Shown here in pieces: positions 1 to 12,381 of a stretch of DNA of 64,000 bases (its first letter is position 1; each line of letters opens with the position of its first letter). Made by a program: the position numbers and the translations under genes. A model generated the notes under the pieces. The model was not told the DNA's origin and did no database searches. It saw only the letters and a program-made list of their open reading frames with translations. Origin of the DNA: Tubulanus polymorphus (Eukaryota; Animalia; Nemertea); NCBI RefSeq assembly GCF_964204645.1, contig NC_134026.1, positions 14,294,150-14,358,149 of the forward strand. Direction: 5' to 3'.

Positions 1-385
1 ACTTAAAATGGTATTGACTACTATATAATAGCCTATATAGACAAATAAATACCGGTAGGCTTTCTTAGCTTCCACACTTCACAACCGAACCAACTGACCT
101 ACCAGTATATTTTAGTCCCAATACGCGCCAACCGGCACAGGCCTACCACTGTTTGTCAACTGGTGTGTTCCGTAGTATGCTATCGTAATCACCTGATACT
201 TGTCTGTCGTTAGTTTTCCTTTCTGAGTTGAACGTAAGCCACCCGCGACTCAACGACCTTGATTTAAACTTGGTGAATTCAAAATCTCTTCATTGACACT
301 TTTGGTGACATGAACAGATCAGTATTATACTAAAATGAAATCACCGGAATAACAATACATCAAAAATATTAAAGAGGTAACAAAA
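1..385. repeat. Unclassified interspersed repeat, uninterrupted copy (starts before the window)
   Basis: Colinear with 26877-27104 joined to 30923-31065 (AAAATGGTATTG.CTACTAT...; CCGCGACTCAACGACCTTGATTTAAACTTG). That second copy is split by a LINE. Confidence 0.75.
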
Positions 386-799
386 ATGCCCGTAAACCGA
401 TCAGACACGTGAACGCTGGACTCGTAAACTCTTGGACTCGGACCCGCTGAGCAATAAATTCATAAAATTGACCTTCAAATTGATTTTGGAGAAGAGAGGG
501 AACAATTCAATAGCTCTTCCTCAAAAAGAAGAGAGAAATATCGGAAAGAAAACACAACATGGCTACTAATGGAACGGGGCCAAATTTCCTATGTTTACAG
601 CTCAACAGTGCCTTTATAACGTGGATTTATCAAAATTCCCATGCAGGATCTGGAGATTGAAGTGAGCTGAAAGATATCATCTGGATTGTATCGGCAACAG
701 CGGTAAGGTAAGGAAGCCTTTACACTTTTAACAAAAACTGTGTGGAAAAGGGAAAGAGAAATATTACAATAATCACGCGAATCTCAATAGGGTTTTTTG

Positions 800-3003
800 T
801 GAAGAAACAGAAAACCCTAAATATCGATAATGATATTTAAGGTAAAGATTATTTTGATAAAGATAAATATAAGCAACAAAAGATAAAAAAAAAACAAAAA
901 ATTAACTAAACAAGAAAAGACCATACATGGAAGATGTAAAAAATTACATTATTTATTAGATGATAAAAGAGATATGAAATAGCTGAAGTATTTAAAATTG
1001 ATATTGGTTCAGCAGCTATTGAGTTTAAATTTTTGGCAAAACATTAGAAAACAATAAAAAATATTTAGAAAATATGAAAGATATAATATAAATAATTACA
1101 GGCGAGGAATATCCAAAAATAAGTATATCTGCGAAAGTTAAATTCATAAAATCTGAAGATAAACCAATATATAATATAAAATCTCATTCACAACATATTT
1201 TTTCAACACATATAGTCGATAGATTAGATAAATGTCATAATGAATGTCCAAATTTTTCAAATAAATCCGATAATAATAATACATCTGATTTTAGATATAA
1301 ATCAACTAATTCTCCATGATCTTTCATTTTGAAATGATTCCGAATATTTAATGTTCCATTAAAAACTTCATCTTTTATATCTTCATTTTTAATTGATCAT
1401 AAAATTGTTGTTTTAAAAATTGTGTTATTTTTAAATCATTATGATTTGTTATAAAAATAATATGGAATTGCGCCTTTTTAACTCATTAATTGAAAATCAT
1501 TATTTTTGGATTATATTGTTTTAATATTTTTAATTCATCACCAATTAAACTTTTAGATTATCAAGAGATCTACTTAAAAATCTATAGGAATCTATGAATC
1601 TTCAATATCCAAATTGAAAAGATATTGATTATGTTTTATGTTGGTAGTAAAGATTTTTCTATAATATGTGAGCGAAGTGGAAGAAGTGAAAGAATTAACT
1701 GTGAAGGAATAACCGAGAACACAGAACAAATTGAATGGTCGCGGCAATTAGAAATTAAATCAAAACAACTTGAAAAGCACAAAAAGAAAAAATGAATAAC
1801 GAAAATAAAGATGAATATAATGTTGAATATAATGTTATTTCTACTCCTTCTAAATTATTTAATGAATTTTTATTATTCAACTGGACTGGTAATTTTACTC
1901 ATTTTGATTGGATGTAATTGGTATGAAAAATCAAATAAATTTTGTTGTAATAATTCTGAAACTTCTACTTTTAAAAACGAAGAAACTACTGAAATTCCAA
2001 AATTCAATATAAAGAATATGGATGAAAATTTTTGAAAATAATTTCATTTAATGTTATTTCTATTTTTATTTGATTAAATATCTCACTACTTTTATCTATA
2101 TATGCGGAGCAATTAAATTGTCCATATAAGTCATTTCGGGTTCTTGATATTTTAGATCAAAAGTAAAATATGAATTTTTATGACTTTACTATCTCCATTA
2201 TTAAAATTTTGTTTTTACCATTTCGAAATGTTTATTCAACAATTATTAAATCATGAAGACCAGCTTTTTTTCCATGATAAATTATTTAACTACCTTCTAA
2301 ATCTTTTAATTCATCTATGTTTAATGAAACCCATTTATCAGGTAAAAATATTTTAAATTCTCGTCTTGTATTAACATTACAATAACTCTAATTTGCTGAT
2401 ATTTTTTCACCATATTTAGTTTTTATTTTTTTCTAATTTCAAAATTTATGTTCAATTTCTTGTGAAACATCAACTCATTTCTCTATTTTATATTGTTGTT
2501 TTGATGGTTTTAATCTATTATTTATTAATGTAAAGAAAGTTTTTCTGTCTCCCATTTATAAGGAAACAAATCAATGAGTGGTGATGAGTGATGTGGCGCC
2601 CTCTCGCCCTCTGGTATGAAAAAGCCATGTTCAATTACTCAACTAGATATGGAAATAGATTTGTAGCACATTTAGACTATAGAGGTATGAGAAATAATCA
2701 TACATTTAGAACATATTAACCAGATAGATTTAATAGATTATCAATTGCATATATTGATGATTTAAAATGAAGAATATTTTATTCAATTTATAAAGGTACG
2801 ATAGAAAAAGGAACCGTGTTATAGATTTTGAATGATTAAAAGATACTAACAACAAGAAATATTATTGCCCAATATGTAAAATAAATATAAATAAATCACA
2901 AAAATATAGAGTATTTAGAAAAATAAATTATAATTAGAATATAATAATGAAAAATTTAAACTGAATTAAATGAATTCAAAAATAAAAAAGAAAGATAATG
3001 TGA
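800..3003. pseudogene. Decayed, rearranged fragments of the AT-rich Maverick/Polinton family (pPolB pieces on both strands and small genes)
   Basis: 830-1250 matches 31830-32250 (KSEDKPIYNI.SHSQHI). 1290-1625 is a reverse copy of the pPolB region at 38920-39270. 2840-3000 matches the zinc-finger N-terminus. Many stops and frameshifts. Confidence 0.75.
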
Positions 3004-4145
3004 CCTTGCTAACAACGATGTCGGCACAACATTAGTTTATGTTGATGGCAGGTTGTTATCCAATATTTTCCTCTAGAACATTGACACAACATTCAGACAA
3101 TGTTACACAAATAAGTCCGCCCTCTGTTGATAGAACTAAGCAATACTGATGATTATACAACATTGCTGCAACATTGATGTTAATCAATGTTAGTTTCGCA
3201 CATGGAGCGTGGTTAATTGCCTAATCTAGACCTTTTTGGCTATGATAAAGATCCATAATCAGTGACTGATAATATTAAGCTACATGATATACAACATTCT
3301 ACAGCTTCGTGCAGTTCTAATCAATGGATACGAAACGATGGGTGTGTAGTTTCTTCCCAGTGAGTCTGCGCCATTTTGTTTTCTCCGTTTGGTTCAGAAG
3401 ATTTCTGTGTATGGTTTATTCTATTTTTCTGCGTCCTGAGCATGATTTGGATATTTATCGACGATGGATGTGACAGTTTCACTGATCTAGATTTCATTTG
3501 AGGTAAGCATATGTGGTTAATTCTTTCAATTGATTGATAAAAGATTTTAGAACATGCCTCTTCCCCATTAGAATTTCCCACCATTTTCCTATTTTATACG
3601 TGACACTTCTGAAATTAGGACAATGTATTTTACAAATATCTTATTCTTTTCAGATATATCAGTGATCAAGGATGTAGATGTGGTCGAAGATAATAGATAT
3701 TAATATATGTTGCATCGTATCAATAAATTATATCGTTTGTATTTATGATGAATATTGAGGTAATAAAAATCAATTCAAAATCGACTCAAATTTATTTACG
3801 AGTTTATCAGTTATATGGCTGTACCCATACAACCGAAGATGAGGATTTAGGAAGAAAAGATTGAAGGCCTCCGATTCATATCATTAGGATGTTGTATAGA
3901 TGTTGTAGGAATGTTTCAAGTAAAATACTGACATTGTGTCAATGTTGTAGAAATATTGCCCGTTTCAACATTTAACATTTCAACGTTGATCCTATGTTGT
4001 GGAGATGTTTGGTACAACATTGCAACAATGTTGTGACAACTTGCTATGAGTCCACAGTTCTCGTTGATACAACATTAAAGCAACATAAGTCTGATCTGAT
4101 TTAATGTTGTTACAACATACCGACAATGTATTTTTGTTAGCAGGG
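3004..4145. mobile_element. Non-autonomous DNA transposon (MITE), CMC/EnSpm-like
   Basis: Termini CCTTGCTAAC / GTTAGCAGGG, a 2-bp TSD (GA) and dense subterminal CAACATTG/CAATGTTG repeats at both ends. Removing it restores AATGTGATAC, as in the Maverick copies near 21990 and 31745. Confidence 0.75.
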
Positions 4146-4271
4146 GATACAAGCAACCAAATATTTAGTGAAAAAAAGATATTATGATCAACATTTAAAA
4201 TATAAAATTCATATCAGATATTTGAATAAGAACATTTTAGGTGAAGATTAATTTTGATGAAAATATAGAGT

Positions 4272-6105
4272 CGCCAGTAATTCGTCATCTAATACAACCG
4301 GATTGTCTCTCAGCAAGCTATACAGGACCTGACGCACAGAACGGATAAGCTGATCCCATGCACCACTAAAGTGGGACCCACTGGGTGGATTCAACTCCCA
4401 CTGAATGCCTCGCTCTTGTAGAGTCTAAGATAATTTGTTGACGTCCAACTTTTCCAATTCACGACGCATCTCGGACTCGGCTCCGACTAAATTGGTTCCG
4501 TTGTCAGAACGCATAAATTTCACTGGCCCCCGACGGGCTACGAATCTCCGAAACGAATTACGAATCGGTGTCCAACGAGAATGCGAGCTCTAAGTGGACG
4601 GCACGTGACGCAAAACATGTGAAAATCACACCATACCGTTTTAGAACCGATCGCGACCGTTTTATTTCGAAAGGACCAAAGAAGTCCACTCCAGTATGGC
4701 TGAATGGTGGCTCATTTACAGCTAACCTCTCGGGAGGTAGATCCGCCATCTTTTGCTCATTCACTCGTCAGCGATAACGACGATACAACGTACACTTATT
4801 AACGACCGACTTAATCAATGTCACGACCCCGAGTATCCAATCGCGACCAAGGTGTCCGACAACTTTATGCGCATCACGAACGATCAACATGGACACGTAC
4901 GAATGTTTCGGTAGAACCAACGGATGACGCTGTTCATAGGAAATTGTTGCACGTTCCAAGCGCCCACCAACTCGTATCATATCCTGATCCAAAAACGCAT
5001 CGACTTTATACAACCTACTTCCCCGAATGACACGACCAGAGGGAAGGACGGTTAGCTCGTCGGCGAAGTGCTGCTGGCCGATTCGAACGATCAAATCGGT
5101 TCCACTGCGAAAGTTTCTTCAGCTGAGGCAACGATACTTATCAGGGTCGACGGGATTGCCCCGAACTTCATCGCGCAGATAAGGAACGACGGTTATCAGC
5201 CAGCCGACTGCCCGACGCAGTTTAAAGCAATTTCGTTAGTAATATATTAACAGACAGACCAGGTGAGGCACCTCATTCTCACGCGCATCCACGCTCCGAA
5301 CACGGGTTGGTTCTTTAATTCCGGATCAACAACGGTAACTCATCAAAACGATTCATTTGGCCAGTCGTCAGGAGCTCAATAAAGAAACCCCAGCCCCTGT
5401 AATCACCTTGCTAGCTTGGCGTCGAGACTCAGCCCGCCAGACGCAACGTCCGATATAACGCGCCTCTATTTCTGTTCGTCTGAACCTGTTTTCTTAGGAT
5501 AGCGCTAACCTTGTTCGCCACGAATGTGCGGAAACGAGTAGATTCGTTTTTAACATATCCTTACACAATAGTTCTGTCTGTCCAATAGAAGAGTCATCCA
5601 CGTGCAAATTGAAACCGCCCTTTTTACAGAGGCTAGTCGCATCATCCACGAAAACCTATGCATCCGGCACAAAGTCAACCGATTTGAAGTAGTCATCCAT
5701 AAAAAAATTCCTGAAGAACGATTCTGAAATCTCTGGTGCGAAATGTTCTTTGTTATCTATGGCAGCTTGTCACAACGCTGCGTTCGCACAACTTGGAGAC
5801 GACTTAGCTCCAAACGAATGACGTGTCATACGATATGTACACGGATAGCGGCTGGTATCGCCGTTTGGCCACCAAAGGAATCGCCAGCAGTCTCTATTCC
5901 TTTCCGGAACTGACACCATGAGGAACATCTTTTCGACATCGACAGAGATAGCAATTCTATTTTCCCGGAATCGCTCGAGAACACCAACTAAGGTACTCGT
6001 CAAATACGGGCCCTGCAACAGAGCAGTGTTCAAGGACGCGCCACAAAACGTAGTGGAACCATCAAAGACAACGCGTATTTTTCCCGGCTTCATCTTATTA
6101 TAAAC
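4272..6105 (-). pseudogene. BEL/Pao LTR retrotransposon A, pol (RT, RNase H remnant, integrase), degraded
   Basis: KPGKIRVVFD, LNTALLQGP, DVEKMF, RFLWW, FGAKSSP; IRVGGRL, HPLVLPK; MADLPPERL...[12 protein letters not shown]...[14 protein letters not shown]. Confidence 0.92.
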
Positions 6106-6111
6106 GCCGTG

Positions 6112-6722
6112 AGTAGTATACAAAATAGCGGTTCTGGCGCAGCCCGACCCCGGTTCTGGCGCAGCCCGACCCCGGTTCTGGCGCAGCCCATCCTTACCCC
6201 GGTATACCGTGTACCCTCTCAAAGCTTTATCACCACCTAAATACCCTAAGATGACAACCCCTGTGGACCGCGGTTCTGGTGGAGCCCGACCCCGGTTCTG
6301 GCGCAGCCAATCCTTACCCCGGTATACCGTGTACCCTCTCAAAGCTTTTTCTCCACCTAAATACCCTAAGAAAACAACCCCTGTGGACCACGGTTTTGGC
6401 GCAGCCCATCCTTACCCCGGTATACCGTGTACCCCCTCAAAGCTTTTTCTCCACCTAAATACCTCAAGAAGACAACCCCTGTGGACCATGGAAAACACGC
6501 CAAGGGGCCGGCAAACCCCCTCCGGCCCCTATAAACCAACCGCTATAATGCACCTACAACAAAGTGTTATTTACATAGATATTTACAGTATATACAATAA
6601 TGTGAAACGCTCTGACCTGGAATTCACCTCTAAGCTGACGCTATTAGCGGTGCGCTGCGGCCTGATTGTCACTGATTGCGAAATAGCCTAGAAAGTTCTA
6701 TGCTGACGCAGAAGCCGGCAAA
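6112..6722 (+). repeat. Left terminal inverted repeat of the mini-Polinton, with internal ~100-120 bp tandem units
   Basis: Reverse complement of 11488-12032. Three copies of CCTTACCCCGGTATACCGTGTACCC...ACCTAAATACC...ACAACCCCTGTGGACC. Confidence 0.93.
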
Positions 6723-7066
6723 TAATTTACAGTTGAATTAGTCGCGCACACTCCTAATTCAACTGTAAATGAACATAATTTACATGAATTTCATATATTT
6801 TAAAATCATTTATACGTTAATTACAAAAGTGTGAGTAAAGTGTGAGTAATAATTCATATTTTAACAGATTTCGAGTAAAAATATAAGTAAAATAAATGGA
6901 TAACTAAAAGAGTATAAAAGTGTGAGTAAAGTGTGAGTGAAATAGTTTATATTTTAAACATATTTCAATATTTATATTTGTATGAGTTAGATTTTTAAAC
7001 ATTAAAAGTGTCAGTAAAGTGTGATTGAAATAATTCATATTTAAAACATTGAATATTTATATTTGA

Positions 7067-7717
7067 ATGAGTTTTAATAAAAGTTTTGTTATAAAAATGA
7101 AGAAAGAAGAAGAAGAACCCAACTTTAAAATCGAAATCAATGAAACCAATATATCATTTTCACAGTTTTACATTAAAAATTATATTTCAGCAACAAATTT
7201 AGTGTCTGCAAGACATTATAAAATCGATAACATAACTATGATTAATCAAATATTATCAAATGAAACATATTTAATTACTGCACTAGTAGATACTTTTGAT
7301 AATGGCGTTAAAAATCCTAAAATGTTCAATACAGTTTTTAATTTTAAAGGAACTTTAGATGAAAACATAATTAATATTCTTAAAACTCCTTTCAATGAAA
7401 GAAATGATGATATAATACTTTCAAAAGATTACAATGATTTGATTAATTTAAGAATTGAAAAAAGACAATTATATTATTTCAATTTTGATAATAAACAAAT
7501 TATCTATAATGAAAATTCATCAAATATTGGCATTCAATGTGAATTAGATAATGAAAAATCATTTAAAGATATTGCAGTTCAATGTAATTTAGATGATGAA
7601 TTTAGAAAATTCAATCATAATGAAAAAGCGCATTGTTATTGCGGAGGTGAATATTTAAAATCACATAAATCAAAGCATTATGAAACAATTAAACATAAAA
7701 ACTGGTGTAAAGAGTAA
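7067..7717 (+). CDS. Hypothetical Maverick protein with a C-terminal CxCG..H..H zinc finger (AT-rich family)
   Basis: 216-aa ORF ending HCYCGGEYLKSHKSKHYETIKH. A decayed paralogue lies at 37450-38016 (-) (KNHISATNLV). Confidence 0.65.
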   Translation: MSFNKSFVIKMKKEEEEPNFKIEINETNISFSQFYIKNYISATNLVSARHYKIDNITMINQILSNETYLITALVDTFDNGVKNPKMFNTVFNFKGTLDENIINILKTPFNERNDDIILSKDYNDLINLRIEKRQLYYFNFDNKQIIYNENSSNIGIQCELDNEKSFKDIAVQCNLDDEFRKFNHNEKAHCYCGGEYLKSHKSKHYETIKHKNWCKE

Positions 7718-7769
7718 CAATTCTACATTATAATTATTGGATTGAGTAAAATGATATATCTAATAGGCT

Positions 7770-7985
7770 GTTAAAATGATAAATTGTTTGACAGTTGAAA
7801 TGATAAATTGTTTGACAGTTGAAATGATAAGACAGTTGAAATGATAAATTGTTCGACTGTTGAAATGATAAGACAGTTGAAATGATAAATTGTTTGATAG
7901 TTGAAATGATAAATTGTTTGACAGTTGAAATGATAAATTGTTTGACAGTTGAAATGATAAATTGTTTGACAGTTGAAATGATAAG
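7770..7985. repeat. Minisatellite, ~24-bp unit GACAGTTGAAATGATAAATTGTTT
   Basis: About 9 tandem units, directly next to the truncated pPolB 3' end. Confidence 0.9.
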
Positions 7986-7989
7986 CGGC

Positions 7990-10900
7990 TTATAAGATGC
8001 TGTACATCTTCGGTCTGAGCCCGACGTACTCCTGGATGGGTGTTACCGCGCACTGGTCTTTCATCTTACCTAGAACCTTCTTGTTGACGTTGCTATGCAG
8101 CGGGTGATTTCCCGGGTAATCGCTAGTATCGTAAAGGTCGTTGTTCGATTCCATGTCTTCGTAGATGTCTTCCATCTCGATCTCTAGCAGGAGACTGTCG
8201 GTGTCAGTGTACAGCAATCGAGTACGATCGCCGTATACCTGTTTCATGTGGTTATAGTAGAAGTCGTACATCAGCAGCTTGCTGAGATCGAGCACGGACA
8301 TCCCTACGTAAACGGGCCTATACAGGTACAGATTAGTCTTGTACATGTGCAGCGCGGCAAGATCGTCGTCAAACACCTTGGACCTGGCGAAGTTCGGCTT
8401 GGCTATCAACTTCCTCAACCTGTCTTCCTCGTTTGTTCTGACAAGCTTCACGTCTACCCTGCGTCTAAGATTTTCCATGGTCTTGCCGAATACGGAGTTA
8501 TTCATCAGCTTGTACAGGTCCTTCTCGAAGTCGATGGTTGCTAGCTTTCTTAGTTTTGTGTTCAGTCTTATATACGGCTCCATCCACGGCGATTGGTCGA
8601 ATTCGAGGGCGCGATGAATCTTTGTGAGCTTCAGTCCTAGCTCCAGGTACAACTTAAGGTTCCTGTAATGAACGACGTATCTCTCCTTGTTGCGGAGATT
8701 AGGCACCAGTTTTTCCGTTTCGGTCGAACCCCCAGTCTTCCTAACAGATCTTGCTGGTACTGCGACATCCAAGCTTCTTGAACCTTTAGCCTTTCCGGTG
8801 CCAGTGGGTACTCGTTGTGCGGGTCGTGCAGCCCCCTGGAGTATTCCAAGTCTACCTCTAGAATGTAGCCTTTCTCTGCGTCATCCGGATGTCCTGATAC
8901 ATTGAGTTTTTGCGGCCTTTCAACCCACTCAAATCCGCCCGTAGGCAGGTGTTGCGACATAGCCCAGCCATATAAGTTATTCGCGTCAAGGTACATTATG
9001 TGTGTCGTCGGCTTCTTTGGATCGTGACCGGGAACCAAAGGATTGTTGGCCCTGCAGTGGCGTTTGCTGACCATGGAAATGCCACCTCGCAGACCCTTTT
9101 CGATGAATAAGAACTGGTCGTAGTCCATTAAGAGCTCTAGTTTAACCTCTGTTTTCTTAAGTAGAGCGTCCCAGCTAAGACCGGGCTGGTGTAATACTGT
9201 GCGGGATCTAGGCCGTACTGCTTCACGCAAGTGGACCTGAAATTCTCGAATACATCGGCGAGAAGAACCGTATCGGTCCTCAGATAGAGGTCGTGGTGGT
9301 CACCCATAGTACGGCACTGAAACGTGGCCCATACCTTTTGCGCGTGGGCGTAGTCTTGATCGCTGATTCCCGCCTCTGATAGCTTGCTGTAGAAGGCTCC
9401 TTTTTTGGAATTTCTCCCAACTGTCCATGTACTCGTATGGGTATACGCCCTTTCTCAGTAACAGCTCTAGTTTTTCGGGTACAGGTTCGGCCGCGGCTGT
9501 CAGCGTTAAGCTCCCCTTAGCGGCTGACGCAACCAGTCTGTCAAGTGGGGCCAGCAAGAACTGCACAGAATCGATGAACCGCAAATTACCGAGACTGAAT
9601 GAGATGTACTTCTCCATGTTATTCGGGATGCGAGTTATCTTTCCTTCAGTCCGACCGATTGTCTGCATGATGAGATGAGGGTCGTAACCGCGGAGGTTGT
9701 GAAACACGACCGGTATAGGCGTGTATTTCGCGGACAGTCGCAACTTGAGGTTGCCCACTCGTTGTGGGCCGGGCCCCGGTAGTCACCCGTTATGTGATCG
9801 TGATCCCTGACTCGATCCTCATAGAGTGGTTTGTCGCATACGTAGCAATTGTCCGCTTCCTCGAATGACGTTTGCTCCTCCCGAGTAGTTACCATAGGCG
9901 CGGGATGGGCGAGCACGCCCTTGATTTTCTCCTCTTCCCCTTGGAGGTGCTGAAGGAATACCGCCGCAGCGTCTTGGCCTCTATAAAGGACGGGTGGTTC
10001 GTGTTTACCGTCGCTTCTCACTACCACGTACGAGAACCCGCACGCCTCGTGAAGTTGAGTCTTTTCGCTACCTTTCTGGTTCGGGTTCCTTCCGGGGCCC
10101 TCGAATTTGGTTGTAATGGCTTCGAAGTCGGCGTAGATGACGAACGGAATCTTGAGCTGCTTGTAATGATTGGTGAACCGCAGCACTTTGTCCTCCTCCG
10201 AGGGCATACTGGTACCCATCGGACGTCCGTTGACTCCTCGAAAATCTGACCTGTGCCTCTCCAGGAGATCTTCTCTGGTGAAACAATGAAGGCACCGCTC
10301 GCAGAAGTGTTTCCTCCCTTCAAACTTACTCTGGGTGAACAACAGGCGATTGAGGTCTTTAATCCATGTGTAATGCTGTTTCTCACCGCTCTCTACGAGT
10401 AGCAAGTTAATTCTAGGAATGGGGGCCGGGCCATCGCTGATATGCAGTGGGTACACGCCTTTGTCATACCCGAACCCGTTTATTGCCAGTCCGTTTTGTC
10501 GTTCGACCATAGGAATCTGACTCAATGGTGTTGGTGAATCGATGCCTGTAAAGTCAAGCTGGTCCCAGTGATTCGCATACTTCGATGGCCTCTGGGGGTC
10601 TCTCTCTACGGGGTATTTCGAGGCCAGTATTGACCACTTAAGGCAGTGATCATCTCTATTTTTGACATTTACGACGGCGTGTCTTCTCTTGACTGCGACG
10701 GGGAGGTCGATATAAGAACCGCCTCTCAACGGTTGATATCTGGCGATATTCAGGAATAGTTCGACTACCCTCTCTACAGCCCATCCGGAACCTTCTCTCA
10801 TATAATTCTCAATACTTTGTAAAACCCTAGCTTCAGCAATACCCAACTCCTCATTTATGTCAGCCGCCTTCGATAGAACGTATTGCTTCGACCAGAAGGG

Positions 10901-11341
10901 CGGCTCGACGTGCGCATAGATGGCGTCGTTCTTCTCCTTCCTCAACGAAACCTGCAGAGCAACGGAGAATTTTACACCCTTAAGGTCAATGATCTCCTCG
11001 ACTAAATTCTCCCTTACATTGTTCCGCTGTTCGCGCAAGAATATCGACGGATCAGTCACATCGGTGGCTGGTCTCAAAACCCAGGCCCTCAGATAATTTT
11101 GGATAGCAAACGGGGCCTTATGAAACGTGGGTTCTGGCTCCGGTAGAATCTCATCCCAAATCGGATCATCGTCCGGTATAATGTTCTCTACCTTGTACTT
11201 GGGTTTTCTGGGGGCGGGTTTTGGCTTTCTCGGAGCAGGCGTTGGTCTGCGGGTCAACTGGTTGATGGCATCGGCATATGTTGCGACAGTAATCTGCCCG
11301 TCTCGAAGTAAATCGGTCAGACTTTTTACCGCGCTGTCCAT
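7990..11341 (-). pseudogene. Protein-primed family B DNA polymerase (pPolB), GC-rich Polinton family; frameshifted and C-terminally truncated
   Basis: EGSGW, VVNVKNRDDHCLKWS, YADFEA (ExoI), RDHDHITG, FHNLRGYD, LRFIDS, LRKGVYPYEY, YLDANNLYGWAMS, KLMNNSVFGKTMEN, YTDTDS, GLRPKMYS. Confidence 0.95.
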
Positions 11342-11487
11342 TTTGCTTTCGCATATATGAGAAATGTATGTCTCTAAATGGAAATTTTTGGGGGGCCCCT
11401 CGTTAGAAGTCGGCACACGCCGAGTGTTGGCAGGGCCTGGCCATGTCCAAGGGACATGGCTCTGGTTGCCTGCCGATGTCTCGGTTG

Positions 11488-12032
11488 TTTGCCGGCTTCT
11501 GCGTCAGCATAGAACTTTCTAGGCTATTTCGCAATCAGTGACAATCAGGTCGCAGCGCACCGCGAATAGCGTCAGCTTAGAGGTGAATTCCAGGTCAGAG
11601 CGTTTCACATACTTGTATATACTGTAAATATCTATGTAAATAACACTTTGTTGTAGGTGCATTATAGCGGTTGGTTTATAGGGGCCGGAGGGGGTTTGCC
11701 GGCCCCTTGTCGTGTTTTCCATGGTCCACAGGGGTTGTCTTCTTAGGGTATTTAGGTGGAGAAAAAGCTTTGAGGGGGTACACGGTATACCGGGGTAAGG
11801 ATGGGCTGCGCCAGAACCGCGGTCTACAGGGGTTGTTTTCTTAGGGTATTTAGGTGGAGAAAAAGCTTTGAGAGGGTACACGGTATACCGGGGTAAGGAT
11901 TGGCTGCGCCAGAACCGCGGTCCACAGGGGTTGTCTTCTTAGGGTATTTAGGTGGAGATAAAGCTTTGAGAGGGTACACGGTATACCGGGGTAAGGATGG
12001 GCTGCGTCAGAACCGCTATTTTGTATACTACT
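11488..12032 (-). repeat. Right terminal inverted repeat of the mini-Polinton
   Basis: Inverted copy of 6112-6722, ending in ACTACT. Confidence 0.93.
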
Positions 12033-12095
12033 GCCGTGATGAGGCAAATACCAGATACGGCCTGGAGTTACCTCACTTCTATCGGTGACGAGTTC

Positions 12096-12326
12096 TGTCG
12101 TGACTCGCACGATAGTGTTTAAGCCCCGTTAACACACATTGAGTTCTCAGTCACAAATCTCAATCTCTGTCACATATCGTTGCATTTCTATAGATAAAGT
12201 TGTATATATCAAGTCATATGTTATGAATAAAACTCAGATCGTGTCTGTATTCCAAGCAGTACTGTGTTTCTCTCTATCTCTCTTATGTGGTGTCGGCGAT
12301 CTCGTACTTGCATGTATTTCACCACA
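12096..12326 (+). repeat. Probable 5' LTR of BEL/Pao element B
   Basis: TGT...CA boundaries, AATAAA near 12227, followed by a PBS. The left boundary is inferred from where the element A reading frame ends. Confidence 0.6.
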
Positions 12327-12331
12327 TAATT

Positions 12332-12347
12332 TGGTCCCTCGAGCCGG
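12332..12347 (+). promoter_or_regulatory. Primer-binding site, tRNA-Tyr type
   Basis: TGGTCCCTCGAGCCGG, one mismatch from TGGTCCTTCGAGCCGG (complement of the tRNA-Tyr 3' end), just upstream of gag. Confidence 0.75.
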
Positions 12348-12381
12348 CGAGCTAAGGATCTGATAACCAGCTGATGTCAAG

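Larger units (their letters stand above)
6112..12032. mobile_element. Internally deleted Polinton/Maverick (5.9 kb) with both termini and a 6-bp TSD
   Basis: Starts AGTAGTATACAAAATAGCGGTTCTG and ends CAGAACCGCTATTTTGTATACTACT. TSD GCCGTG at 6106-6111 and 12033-12038. It interrupts the BEL RT motif WYLPHHG|VYNKMKPGKIR and encodes pPolB. Confidence 0.95.

Noticed and set aside
601-706. Exon-like segment (TTTACAG...GTAAG) as a possible upstream P5CS exon
   Set aside because: All three frames contain stops and none resembles P5CS.
6209-6691. 160-aa ORF and its mirror at 11519-11881
   Set aside because: Incidental read-through of TIR tandem repeats; no protein motifs.
7760-8053. ORF with LSFQLSNN repeats; CRISPR-like appearance
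   Set aside because: Head-to-tail minisatellite with no unique spacers and no cas genes, in a eukaryotic context.
8248-10386. Overlapping antisense and alternate-frame ORFs across the GC-rich pPolB
   Set aside because: Shadow ORFs of a GC-rich coding sequence.
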